This document shows positions 53,398 to 64,000 of a DNA stretch of 64,000 bases, in pieces. The DNA comes from Nageia nagi (lineage: Eukaryota; Plantae; Pinophyta): positions 112,406,001 through 112,470,000 of the forward strand of contig JBITNC010000001.1 in the NCBI GenBank assembly GCA_050084985.1, read 5' to 3'. The notes under the pieces are model-generated. The model ran no database searches. It was not told the origin of the DNA and saw nothing but the letters and a program-made list of their open reading frames with translations. The stretch's first letter is position 1; every line of letters begins with the position of its first letter. Made by a program: the position numbers and the translations under genes.

Positions 53398-54376
53398 AAT
53401 CTAAATGTATTGGGTTAGATGAAAAATTAAATAATTATATATCTTGTTATTAGAATAAACAAAAAAATATATATTAACATATATTTGATGTTAGATTCAA
53501 AGGTAAATTCTTTTTGTATACTTTTTAATCTTATGGATAATTATGGATAATTAGGTGTCGCACTTCTTTTGTGCAATAGAAACATGGAAGGGTTAATAAA
53601 TAAAATAATCAATATAAAAATCATTTCATATGATAAGATTACATTATTTCATTTCATTCAATAGTTTTTACAGATAAACATTCAATTTACCAATTTACAA
53701 ATAAAAGATTTACCATCCAATTAAATAATTCAATTTATTGATAAAAATAAGTGTTGATATTTTAATGTCATGTGCTTTATAAATAACCATTGAAATAAAT
53801 TTTAATAAAGATGTATCTAAAATAATATGAATTGTTAAAATATATATTGATGATGATTAAGAAGATATAATTTACATGATGACAAATAGTTTTATACACA
53901 ATTAGTATCACCATCCAATCTACTAACTCAATTTCAATTCATAAAAATAAATAAGTGTTATCATTTTTTTTCATTTGCTTTAGTGATAAGCATCAAAATA
54001 AATTTGAATAAAGATTTATGTAAAATATTATGAAATTTTAAAATATATATATCGATTATGATCAAGAATATAAAACATACATAACAAGAAATATTTTCTA
54101 CATATAAAATTTATATTACCATCCAATCCAACAATTTAATTTATCCATAAATTCAAACATGTAGTTTTTTCTTTTATATAACTCTAAACCAAAATAGTTT
54201 TCAATTCTAAAAATTTGATTTGAATAAAGTATGCTAAATATAGTAAGAATGTATCATGTATAATATTTTTTACAGGCATGAATACAAGATCTTAGAGTAT
54301 GTATTTCATTGGAATATTATAAGACACTTTATTTTAGTCTTTGATATTTATAACCCAAGGTTGTAGGAAGATATTT

Positions 54377-57300
54377 TTTTATTCATTTTTATTAGAACGA
54401 TATTAATCGAAAAAGAAATTTGAGTTTTGAAAGGACCTCAAATGCCTTGTACAAAAAACAATAGAGAGTTGAATCTATTTTTCTCTATCATACACAAACA
54501 GAGTGAAGCAGATCTCTATCAAGTATAAACCATACACCAAAAAAATACCATAAGGTAATTATCATTACATCGTAAAAGTATAAGAGTTGGTCCATCAATT
54601 GATCAAAAGAGAGTAAAATGATGTATTATGTATAGACTATATCTATCTTCTTATCAAATACCAATGCCCTTTGATCACTCAGCTCAATAAAAACCAATGC
54701 CCCTTCCATTCTACTCTGATTTGGTATTACTATATTAGTAGGGTGGAGATAAATATTCCAATCTAACTGTATTATTATTATGGTAATCCTTTGCTTTATA
54801 ATGACCTTGTACTCAAGGTCATCATTAATATGAAAGGTGGCATGAGATCATTGTCTTGTCATTCTTATGAATATGTACTCTCCATTGGTTATCCTTCTCA
54901 TAATGTGGACATCACACCTATCAAGGAGCCCTTCCTCCTTGACTCCATCACCCTCACCATTTTGGGATTTTTTAATCATTTGGTCTTACAAAAAAAATTT
55001 AAATCTTGATAGTACTTCCTTATCCTTGAAGTACACCATCATATTTTCTACAAATCTAAGAGTCATAATTTTGAAAACTTCTTATGCTTTATTTTCTTCA
55101 TTTCCAAACACTTGACTATTTCACTACTTCCATATTTGCCACCTCATATGCCCATTTAACATTGTCCAACATTTATAGTACCATTTAGTTTTCTCCCAAG
55201 GTGCCTACTATTCTATGCATTATTTAGCATCCTTTGGTAATATCCATTGTATCTTCATTTTTTTACATATCATAACCTAAATATTTTTTGTATATTCATA
55301 ATGTAAGAAAATGTGATCTATACTCTCTTCCTCTCTTTTGCATAGTACACAATTATTAACCATATTAAAACCCCTTCTTTGTAGATTGCTTATTGTTAAT
55401 AGTCTTTTCTTAGTAACAAGCTAAAGAAATAAGGCATTCTTGGGTGTTAACCTTGCATTCCAAATATTCTTCTATATTTTCCTCCTCTTTCTTTTTCTAG
55501 AGATGTTACTTAGAGCAATGACTACCTCTTTAACCTTATATTATCCATCAATCCTTAGTTTCCATTAAAGTTTCCCTTCTTAACCATTGAGATTGATATG
55601 AAATCTTTTAGTTCCTTTTGTAACTACATTAGTTATTTTGCTATTCTACCTCTAATTGGCCTGTGAATCTACCAACTAATAGTATCCTTCTTAAGGTACT
55701 TATCAATTGGACTCCCCTGATATTTCAAATCCCACTCAATACCTTATTTATAATCCTTTACTTCAATTAGTGGTTCCTCCTTAAACCATGCATCTTCCCA
55801 TATGTATACTTGCCAACCATTTCATGGGTGCCATCTAATAGCATCTTGAATGTAGGACCTTACTTCTACTATACCATTTCAAAAAGCTTAGCTATATGGT
55901 GGATTCTAAATTCTCAATATGCAATTTTGGCCCATCATATATATCTCCTTACAAGTGTGAACCCATTCCTTCTCTTCATTCGAAGCTATCTTTCAAACCA
56001 ATTTTTTTCTCAAATCTTGACCACTTACTTTATTTTCCTCAACCCCAATCCTCCTTGGTCTTTTTCCATGCAAACAAAATTCCAACTTACTAGAGTGATT
56101 TTTCTCTTCTCTAAATCTACTAACCACAAGAATTTTTTGCAAATTTTAGTTATCTTATCACTAATAGTTATAGGTAATTTAAAGTCCATTGCAATATAAA
56201 CATGTATGCTTTGAAGAACGGATTTGATGAGGACAAGTTTAGTTGCATAGCTCAAATATTTTTCCTTCCATCTTGTGAGTTTATTTTAGATTTTTTGAAC
56301 TAACATGTTCCAATATTGAGATTTGAGTCTTCCAAGAAAAAGAGGCATTCTTGGATATTCGGTTTGTAATGCATTAGTTTTACACCTCCATATCTTAGTA
56401 ATACTCTTCTTACTAGCTTCTAAAGAGTTCAAAAAGTAAATCTTAGTATTTTCTAAAATTTTTTTGGTGTGACACTTTTTCATACATATTTAGAACCTTA
56501 TTAAATTGAATTTCCTCCCTACTTTTAGTTTTACCAACAAAGATAGTATTTTTCACAAATTGATGGTGAGTTGCGGCCTTACAATTAGGAGATGGAATAG
56601 CCCCTTTCAAATTTTGAGTTTCCTTATACTATTTTAGTGTCCTTCCCATACATCTATCATTATGATGAACAAATAGGGGGATATTGGGTTTCATTGTATA
56701 AGCCCTCTTTGGGAGTTAAAATAACCCATTACTTCTCCATTGATGATAATAGAAAATATAGGTGAAGATATACACTTTGTAATCTAATTTATTCAAGTTT
56801 CGCCAAACACAAACTTAGCTAAAACCAAATTCAAAATAGCCCAATTCACCCTATCATAAGCCCTGTCCACATCCAACTTTACCACCATAGTCAAAGTTTT
56901 CTTGTTATGCATTGAATTAAGGACCTCATGTATCTAAATAATTCCATTCATGATTTTCCTCCCTTTGACAAATCCATTTTACTTTATATATATGATTTGA
57001 GACATTAGTGGTTTTAGCCTTTCTACAATTATTTTTGTTATAATTTTATAGATTATATTGTAAACACTAATTAGGTTATAGTATTCAAGCTTCTTTTCTT
57101 CTTGTGTCTTAGGGATTAAGGTCAAGAATGTGTTATTCCATTATTTTAGTAATTTTCTCTTTTTAAAGAATTATTTTATAGCATACCACACATCTTTTCC
57201 TATAATTTTCTAATTTTTTAGAAAAATCTAGTTGGAAAGCCATTCGATGTAGGAGCTTTGTTAACTTCCATTAGGAAAATTACCTATTTGACTTCTTCTA

Positions 57301-60298
57301 TGGTTTGCTATTCTAGTGCTTTATTTTGTTGATCTATTCTAATTTTTGGTATATTTTCAATAATTTTTGTATTGACTATAAGGTTGTTTCTTTCATCCAC
57401 TATCAGCAATTCTTTGTAGAATCTCATTGCTTCTTGCTTAGTTTCTTTTTCTTCTAAAGTTGAAACACTATTTGATATTTTAAAATAATTAATCTTGTTG
57501 TAATTTCTCTTTATTATAATGATGATTCTAAATAATTTTATATTTTTATCTCCTTCTTTGAAGTAGGCACTCTAGATTTCTATCTCCATAGTTGTTCCTC
57601 TAGAGAGATAGTATTATAGAATTCTTCTAGAAGTAACTTTTCTTCCTTATCTAGCTCACTTGTGCTTCCTATACTTAGTATTTTATTCATAATTTTTTCT
57701 AATTTTTCTTTCATTTGAATCTTTTTGAAATGCACATTTTTGAACATTTTTTTGTCCTTGATTTTCAAATTTCTTTTGACTTCATCTAGTTTCTTGACTA
57801 ACCTATAGATGGTTGTTCCCTTAATCTTTAACTTCTACCATTATGTAAGCTTGTATTTGAAGTTTGGATGAGACATACACATATTTTTAAACCTAGAGGG
57901 GGATTTTTTCTTTACTATTTTTTTCATTTTAAGCTCTATCTATCTGTGATCTGAAGATATTCTTGATAGAGAATTTATAATGGCATTGGGATAATTATCT
58001 AGCCATTCTTAGGTAACTACTCTTCTATCTAATCTTCTTATTATAAAACCCACCTTAATCCATCTATTGGACCAAGTATATTTATTCACTTTTAAATTGA
58101 GATCAATCAAAGCATTGTCATCAAGAAAATATTTGAAATCTTCCATTCTAGTGGTCATATTGAGTCTACCTTCATATTTATCCTCTATATTCAATGAAGT
58201 ATTAAAATCTCCTCCTATAAGCCAAGGCATATTTGGAAACATTTTCTTATGATTTGATAGAAATTATCATAACTATCTTCTCCTTATTAGAATATTAGGA
58301 GTGTAGATGTTAGATATAATGAAACTATAGTTTGTAGACTTACATATGATTTTTATAGATAAACATCTATTAGAGGGGCATTATATTTTTTCTACATCAA
58401 TTTTCCTAAGATCCCATAAGATACAAAGTCCACCTGCATTTCCTTCTACTATGATAGCTTCATATTTGGCTTCACTTCATATCTTTTTAGCTATTTTTTG
58501 AATCTTTTGTTGCTTTATTTTGGTTTCTTGTATTAGTAACATATTTGGTTTACTCTCTCCCCTCAAGTCTCTAACAATATTTTGCTTTCTAGGTAGATTG
58601 AATCCCTAGATATTTTAACATATGATGTTCATCATCATATTCTTTTAACAACACTTTAATCATAAGTTTTTCTCCCTTAATTTCTTTTTTTCTCATTCAG
58701 TATGGTTCTATTTTTCCATCTTTTGCTAGATTTTTTGTGATCCTTCTTAGTGTAACCTATTTTGTATTTTGCATTCGAGCCTTGGGTATTCCTTTTTTAT
58801 TGTTCTTTTTTCCCTTCCACCTTATTTTTATTTTCCTACTCCTTATTTTCTATATCCTCCTCTTCATCATCTTCCATATGATCCTCTTCTTCTTTTTCCT
58901 TATTTTTCTCCTCCTCTACATCTTCCTTATTTTTTTCATACATTTTCTCTAATTCTTATCCCTCAATATTTGTTATTTGTATGATTACGTTTGTACTACC
59001 TATCAAATCATCCATTTCTTGTGTCAATTCTTCCTCATTGGTCATCTTTTGGAATTGAGTTTCTTCTATTTGAGAAGCCATTGTACCTTCTTATTCTTTC
59101 ATTAAATTATGCAACATCTTAAAAGAATTCCCTTTTAGGGATGAATCTACCTTGTGTGGTTGTTTTTATCCATATTTTTCAAAATATTAGCTATTTTGTT
59201 TTTTATATTTAACTCTATGACCTCTTCATTTTCATCTTATCTAGATGTTTTGGTTGATTATTGATTTACTTCCTTATTCTTACCTTTTTTTGGTCGGTTG
59301 GTTGGTTTCATTCTCTTGGTTTCCATGTTCCCCCATTATATGATTAGGTATATAATAGTGGTTATAGCTTTGTTGATTTGGCTGTGGCCCTTGCTATTCT
59401 TGTTACATGTTTCTCTTGAGATAATCTTTTTCTATATGTCCATATCTATTACACCTAACACAAATTATTAGATGTATATCGAATGATATCTTCTAGATGT
59501 ATTTTTATCTTTTATTTTTTAGATATATATTCATCTTTATAGGCTTTGGGATGTTTATATTGGCACATAATCTTGCTATCTAGTAAGTCTATCTAGATGT
59601 TGAATTCTTTTCTATATGTATATTCAACCATTGTTTAGGAAATACCAACAATTATTTCTTCAAACTATAATTTAGAGTTTTGTAAAAGATTCATTTTGAG
59701 GATTGAATCCTTCATACCATTTATTTAGATGTAGTACATTTTTCTAGAACCTCAAGACCCTTTTTCCATTACCTAGTGGAGATCTTCATCCAGATTGAAA
59801 TTAAACATTAAGAAATATTTTGCAAGTGTTACCATTTCCACCTCTCCTTTGAGTTTCCATAATATTTTTATCCATCTCCTTATATTTTCAAGTATTGGCA
59901 TTATTCCCATGAACTTTCCAATAATGGTAATTTTTCTAGATTCTAGCATCTTATCATATCTAGCATCTAGGATAACTATTCTTAACATACCTTTATCAAA
60001 GTCTACCTTCTACAAAATGATTGACATGCCTAGTTCGATTCCATGTCATAAAATATTTTGAAGTACTTAGTAAAAGGGTAAAAAAGCATAGGAACCCCCC
60101 ATTGGGTAGGTCCATTTTGGACTAAAACAAATCACATGCAAAGTTAGAGATACCTATAAAGCATCCTATCTTACTGTGTCCACATCTTTGTAAAACCTTC
60201 TATGGTTTTTTCTATGCCCTACCCACTTGGAACACCTACCTACTACAATTTTTAATCAAACCCTTGCTTACCTGCTGAAGTTTTCTATCATGTTTTAT
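54377..60298 (-). mobile_element. Apparently full-length (~5.9 kb) decayed L1 LINE with 16-bp TSD
   Basis: TSD TTGTAGGAAGATATTT at 54361-54376 and 60299-60314; T-rich tail at the left end. ORF1 (IIGKFMG..WKLKGEV; CVRCNRYGH knuckle), endonuclease (*NI*G, PWLIGGDFN, SDH), RT (KLDVDRAYDRVNW, PISPYLF), KLVLIKSVLQSI. Confidence 0.93.
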
Positions 60299-60941
60299 TT
60301 GTAGGAAGATATTTATTACTATAAAATTATATTTTAGGACAAATCAAAAAGTAGCATTTCATATAATTTTTATTGACCACCCCTTCCATAAAAAATATGT
60401 AGGATAAAAGTAAATTTTGCTATTAGCCTTTACTTTGAAGCACTCTACTTGTTCCCATGGATCCATGTTATTTAAGCAAAGAATTGATGACCTTTTTTCT
60501 CAGATCTACATATTTGACAAGAAATAAGACCATTATGTAATTTTATTCTAAATCTTAGATAGTTTTCCAAACATATAGCATATGTTTCCATATTTCTAAC
60601 TTTATCCAACTTCCATTAGAATAGGGAAAATTTTAAGGGACAAATTAGCAAATCAAGGATATAATTTTAAATATTTACTTTTCTATTTCACTAGTATAGC
60701 CCATGGTTGGTCCCACCTTAGAGTTAAAATTTTATAAAAATATTTATATTCTTGACCCATGTAGTAGACCATTCAATACAATTTCAAATATATTATCCTT
60801 TTTATTAAACTTAATTTAGTTCATTCACCTTCAAATTATAAAAAATTCCTAGCTAAATAGCCACTTATAGGAATATATATACATATCAAAGTCCTCAATC
60901 TAGATGATACCATGCCACCAAACCATGACATCAAAACTATG

Positions 60942-61366
60942 TTTCCTCTATAGTTAGGTCAGAAGCATTTTCTCTACAACTGGGTTGAATGTATTTCCTC
61001 TACTACTAGGTTAGAAACATTTCCTCTATTGCTAGGTCAAAAGCATATTCTCTACAACTAGATCAAGAGCATTTCCTTTGCTATTAGGTTAGGAGCATTT
61101 ACTATGGAGCTGAGTAGGGAGAAATTCCTCTACAATCGAGTAGGGAGCATTACTTTGGTAGCTACGTAGGGAGCATTTCTTTTGTAGCTAAGTAGGGAGC
61201 ATTTCCTCTATAGCCTAGTAGGTAGCATTTCTTTTGCAACTAGGTAGGAAACATTTTCTCTACAATCATGTAGGGAGCATTTCCTCTACAACTAGCTAGA
61301 AAGCATTTACTTTGTAACCAAGTAGGGAGCATTTCTTCTATAGCCAGGTGGAGAGAATTTTCTTGT
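60942..61366. repeat. Degenerate 26-bp minisatellite (~16 copies, consensus ~CTAGGTAGGGAGCATTTCCTCTACAA), probably internal to a DNA-transposon remnant (~60622-61620)
   Basis: Units are contiguous with no spacers. Followed by an imperfect inverted repeat at 61439-61618. Confidence 0.88.
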
Positions 61367-61626
61367 ATACAATAGCCACTCATTTTCTAATATTTATTTT
61401 TTGAGAAAAAGGGATATGTAGCCACTCACTAAAAAGAGTTTTTCATGATCTTTCCAATGGTGTATCATTTCTCCACACTAGATGCTGATATAAAAGGTTA
61501 TGGGCAATAGTGTATGATTTGAAGATTAAAAAATATATCATTCACTTTCAAAGAGCCATAACATTTTGTAGAGACATCTAATAGAGGAAATGATATACCA
61601 TTAGAAAGTTCATGAAAGATCAAGAG

Positions 61627-61917
61627 AGTAATTCCTGGTATCCAAATCAAGGCTTGTGAGAATGATTTTGGTGATTGCTCATACAAAAAATTTCAAGAAA
61701 AGAATGTACATTTGAATAGTTTTGCTATAATGGGATAGGAGCAATGAATAGGAAGATAACATACTAGACAAATGGATTCCCTTCTTGTGGCCATATTTTA
61801 TGAGACATTTGGAGGAATGAATTAGAATGACATGGTTAAAGAAAGGGGAACATCTCCTATGAGAGGGAGATCAACTTATGGACCAAAATAAGGGAAAGTT
61901 AGCATATAGAAAGGTAT
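61627..61917 (-). pseudogene. 2OGD type-B 5' fragment (B4)
   Basis: ATG mutated to ATA, VDLPLI, the same exon-1 deletion junction as B1, KIWPQEGNPFV. Truncated in exon 2. Confidence 0.88.
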
Positions 61918-64000
61918 GGTGGAGGATAGTTCATATGTAGGTGAAATTTATCATCTAGGATATCATTTAAAATGTTCTAATTATAACAAATAAAATGGTT
62001 TGATTTTTAGGTTGAGTTCTCTTTTTTAGGATTTTAGGGTGGGCGAACATGCATGCTCATCAAATATTTATCTACAATCTCCCAAACTAAATTATTTTTT
62101 TCAAGAGCAATAGGTCTGTGATGAAATTTTCATGCTATGCCTCATTTAAATTTTTTTTACTTATTTTATCATATATAGATATAAATATAGATATACAATA
62201 GGATTCGAGTAAGGGAAGTACTGATGATCAATTTTTCATGTTGATTTCAAGTTAATTTGATGAGATTTTAGGATTTCATTAGTTGTAATATCTATTATTT
62301 TTTAAGTTTCCTATTATGTTAGGAACAAAAGTTATTTTGATTTTGAATATTATTTTTGTATTAAATATTTTATATGAATTTATAACATATTAAATATAAA
62401 TATTATAAATAATAAAGAAACTATAAATATTAAAGGTTCAATGTTCACAAATGGAATTAATTTAGATAAATTTATAGTGTGATTTTCAAGGTCTAGTTAA
62501 TTTTTGAATATGTAAGTTATATATTTATTTTTTATAATTTTATATTAAAGATTATTTCATTTTACTATATTTTATATTTTTCTACATTTAAAACATTACA
62601 TTTAGTGTAATTTGTTTTTGAGGGAGCCTAATCTTAACGTAATTTATTATAGGAATTTCCTTGTGATCATCAATGAGGTAAAATTTTAATTATTTCTTCA
62701 ATATAATTATAATAAAGACATACTTGAAATGTAGCCAAATCATAATATGTTAGAATAACCATCTATACATTTAAAATTTTAACTTCTTATAGAAGAGTCA
62801 AAGCTTGAACTATTATGCTATCAATATTGGGGACATATGGTGCAATCTTGAGCATTAAATAATTGCATATAATTAATTCATTTATTAAAAATTTTCATTT
62901 GTAAAATTAGGCTAATTATAATACTAAATTCATTTTAGTAAGGCATTTCATAAAACTTAACTATCTTCAAAATAATTTTGATTTCTTTTGATTTATTTTT
63001 ATTAGTGATTGAAACCTTTAATTGTAAATCTCTAAACTACCATTGATTAATAGGAAAATAATTCATTCATTCAAAACTTATTAGAAGAAGTATTAGCTTA
63101 AATAAAGGATATTAATAATGGAAAAAAAGACTAAAATGGAAGAAGGATTATATATGGATAAATAAAAAATTAAGAATACAAGAGCAAAATCTAAACTTTT
63201 AATATTAATATTTATAACTTTTACACATCCACATCATCATCATCCCATACTACCCTTAGTTTTTGAATAAGTATTTCCCTATCTACATCTTTCATAATGT
63301 AAACATACTTCAATTACTATAGAAATATTAAAATACACAATAGAAATGTTTATTTCTATTACCAATTCTTTGCAACCATTTATCCCCATAATTATCCTTA
63401 TAAACCTATAACCAAAAATGCTAAAAATTTTTTTGATAACAAGTGTAAATTATATGATCAAAAGGTATAGGTTCTTATCTAGATCTTAAAAACCTAGTCA
63501 CAAAAATGGTTTCCAAAGGAGGAAACCACTACCCAACTATACCTAGTGGTAGCAACAAATAAAGAGAAACAATAGCAAGATGTAGCCAAAAGAACACTTC
63601 TATACAACTAAAAAATATAAATACCAACTAAAATATGAATAGTGGATACAGTCCACTACATATTCTACTATAACTAAACCAAGAATGGTAATATTACATC
63701 CAAATAAGTCAAACAATTTTTGTCATAGTATTTTATTTCTTTCATGGGCTCTAAATGACCTTCATTGCCTATTTTATTTTCTTGTTTCTTTATTTTATTT
63801 TTGAAACATAAATAATCTCATTATGCAAATGAGAATGAATATTATATTTATTTTACATAAAACTTAGATATAACTTTTGAATTAGGAAGAAATTCAAATT
63901 CATGTGAGATAAGTATAAGAGATCTTTATACCTTATCATTATAAACCTTAATATTAAATAATTTCATTCAAAACATTTTTAAAGTATTCCAAAGTTGGAG
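61918..64000. repeat. Segmental duplicate of ~32136-34300 (type-B upstream region and following block)
   Basis: Colinear, e.g. catctaggatatcat, aacatgcatgctcatcaaa, ttgtgatcatcaatgaggtaaaa. Confidence 0.92.

Noticed and set aside
58737-58984. Phe/Leu/Ile-rich ORFs
   Set aside because: Antisense to the purine-rich K/E-rich end of L1 ORF1.
60942-61366. CRISPR-like short repeat array
   Set aside because: Units are contiguous and degenerate with no unique spacers, there are no cas genes, and the context is eukaryotic. It is a minisatellite.
1-64000. Multi-enzyme biosynthetic gene cluster, or horizontally acquired/prokaryotic system
   Set aside because: Only one enzyme family is present in the window. 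The genes have spliceosomal introns and a plant TE context.

Overview
Very AT-rich plant nuclear DNA, probably a gymnosperm (inferred from the 2OGD type, the L1 family and strong CG/CHG decay; species not identifiable from sequence alone). The window is a birth-and-death cluster of 2-oxoglutarate/Fe(II)-dependent dioxygenase (DOXC-class 2OGD) genes. (1) Positions 1-16029 are the right end of a very young, near-identical tandem array of ~6.37-kb units. Two units carry an intact 3-exon, 316-aa 2OGD gene (type A). The array ends where identity switches, inside a (TATG)n microsatellite, to a diverged ~800-bp paralogous repeat, which is the signature of unequal crossover between direct repeats flanking the gene. 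(2) Downstream are an inverted type-A pseudogene, with a conserved promoter and a ~1.15-kb foreign insert in its 3' region, and four dead copies or fragments of a paralogous type-B 2OGD in an older mosaic of segmental duplications. (3) The rest is decayed transposons: a two-LTR Copia, a half Copia with a ~3.2-kb leader, a small non-coding LTR element with TSD, a full-length L1 with a 16-bp TSD and a local empty-site paralog, several L1 fragments, and two copies of a TIR element with apparent 4-bp TSDs. No RNA genes or CRISPR arrays were seen. Boundaries of decayed elements were read by eye and are approximate.
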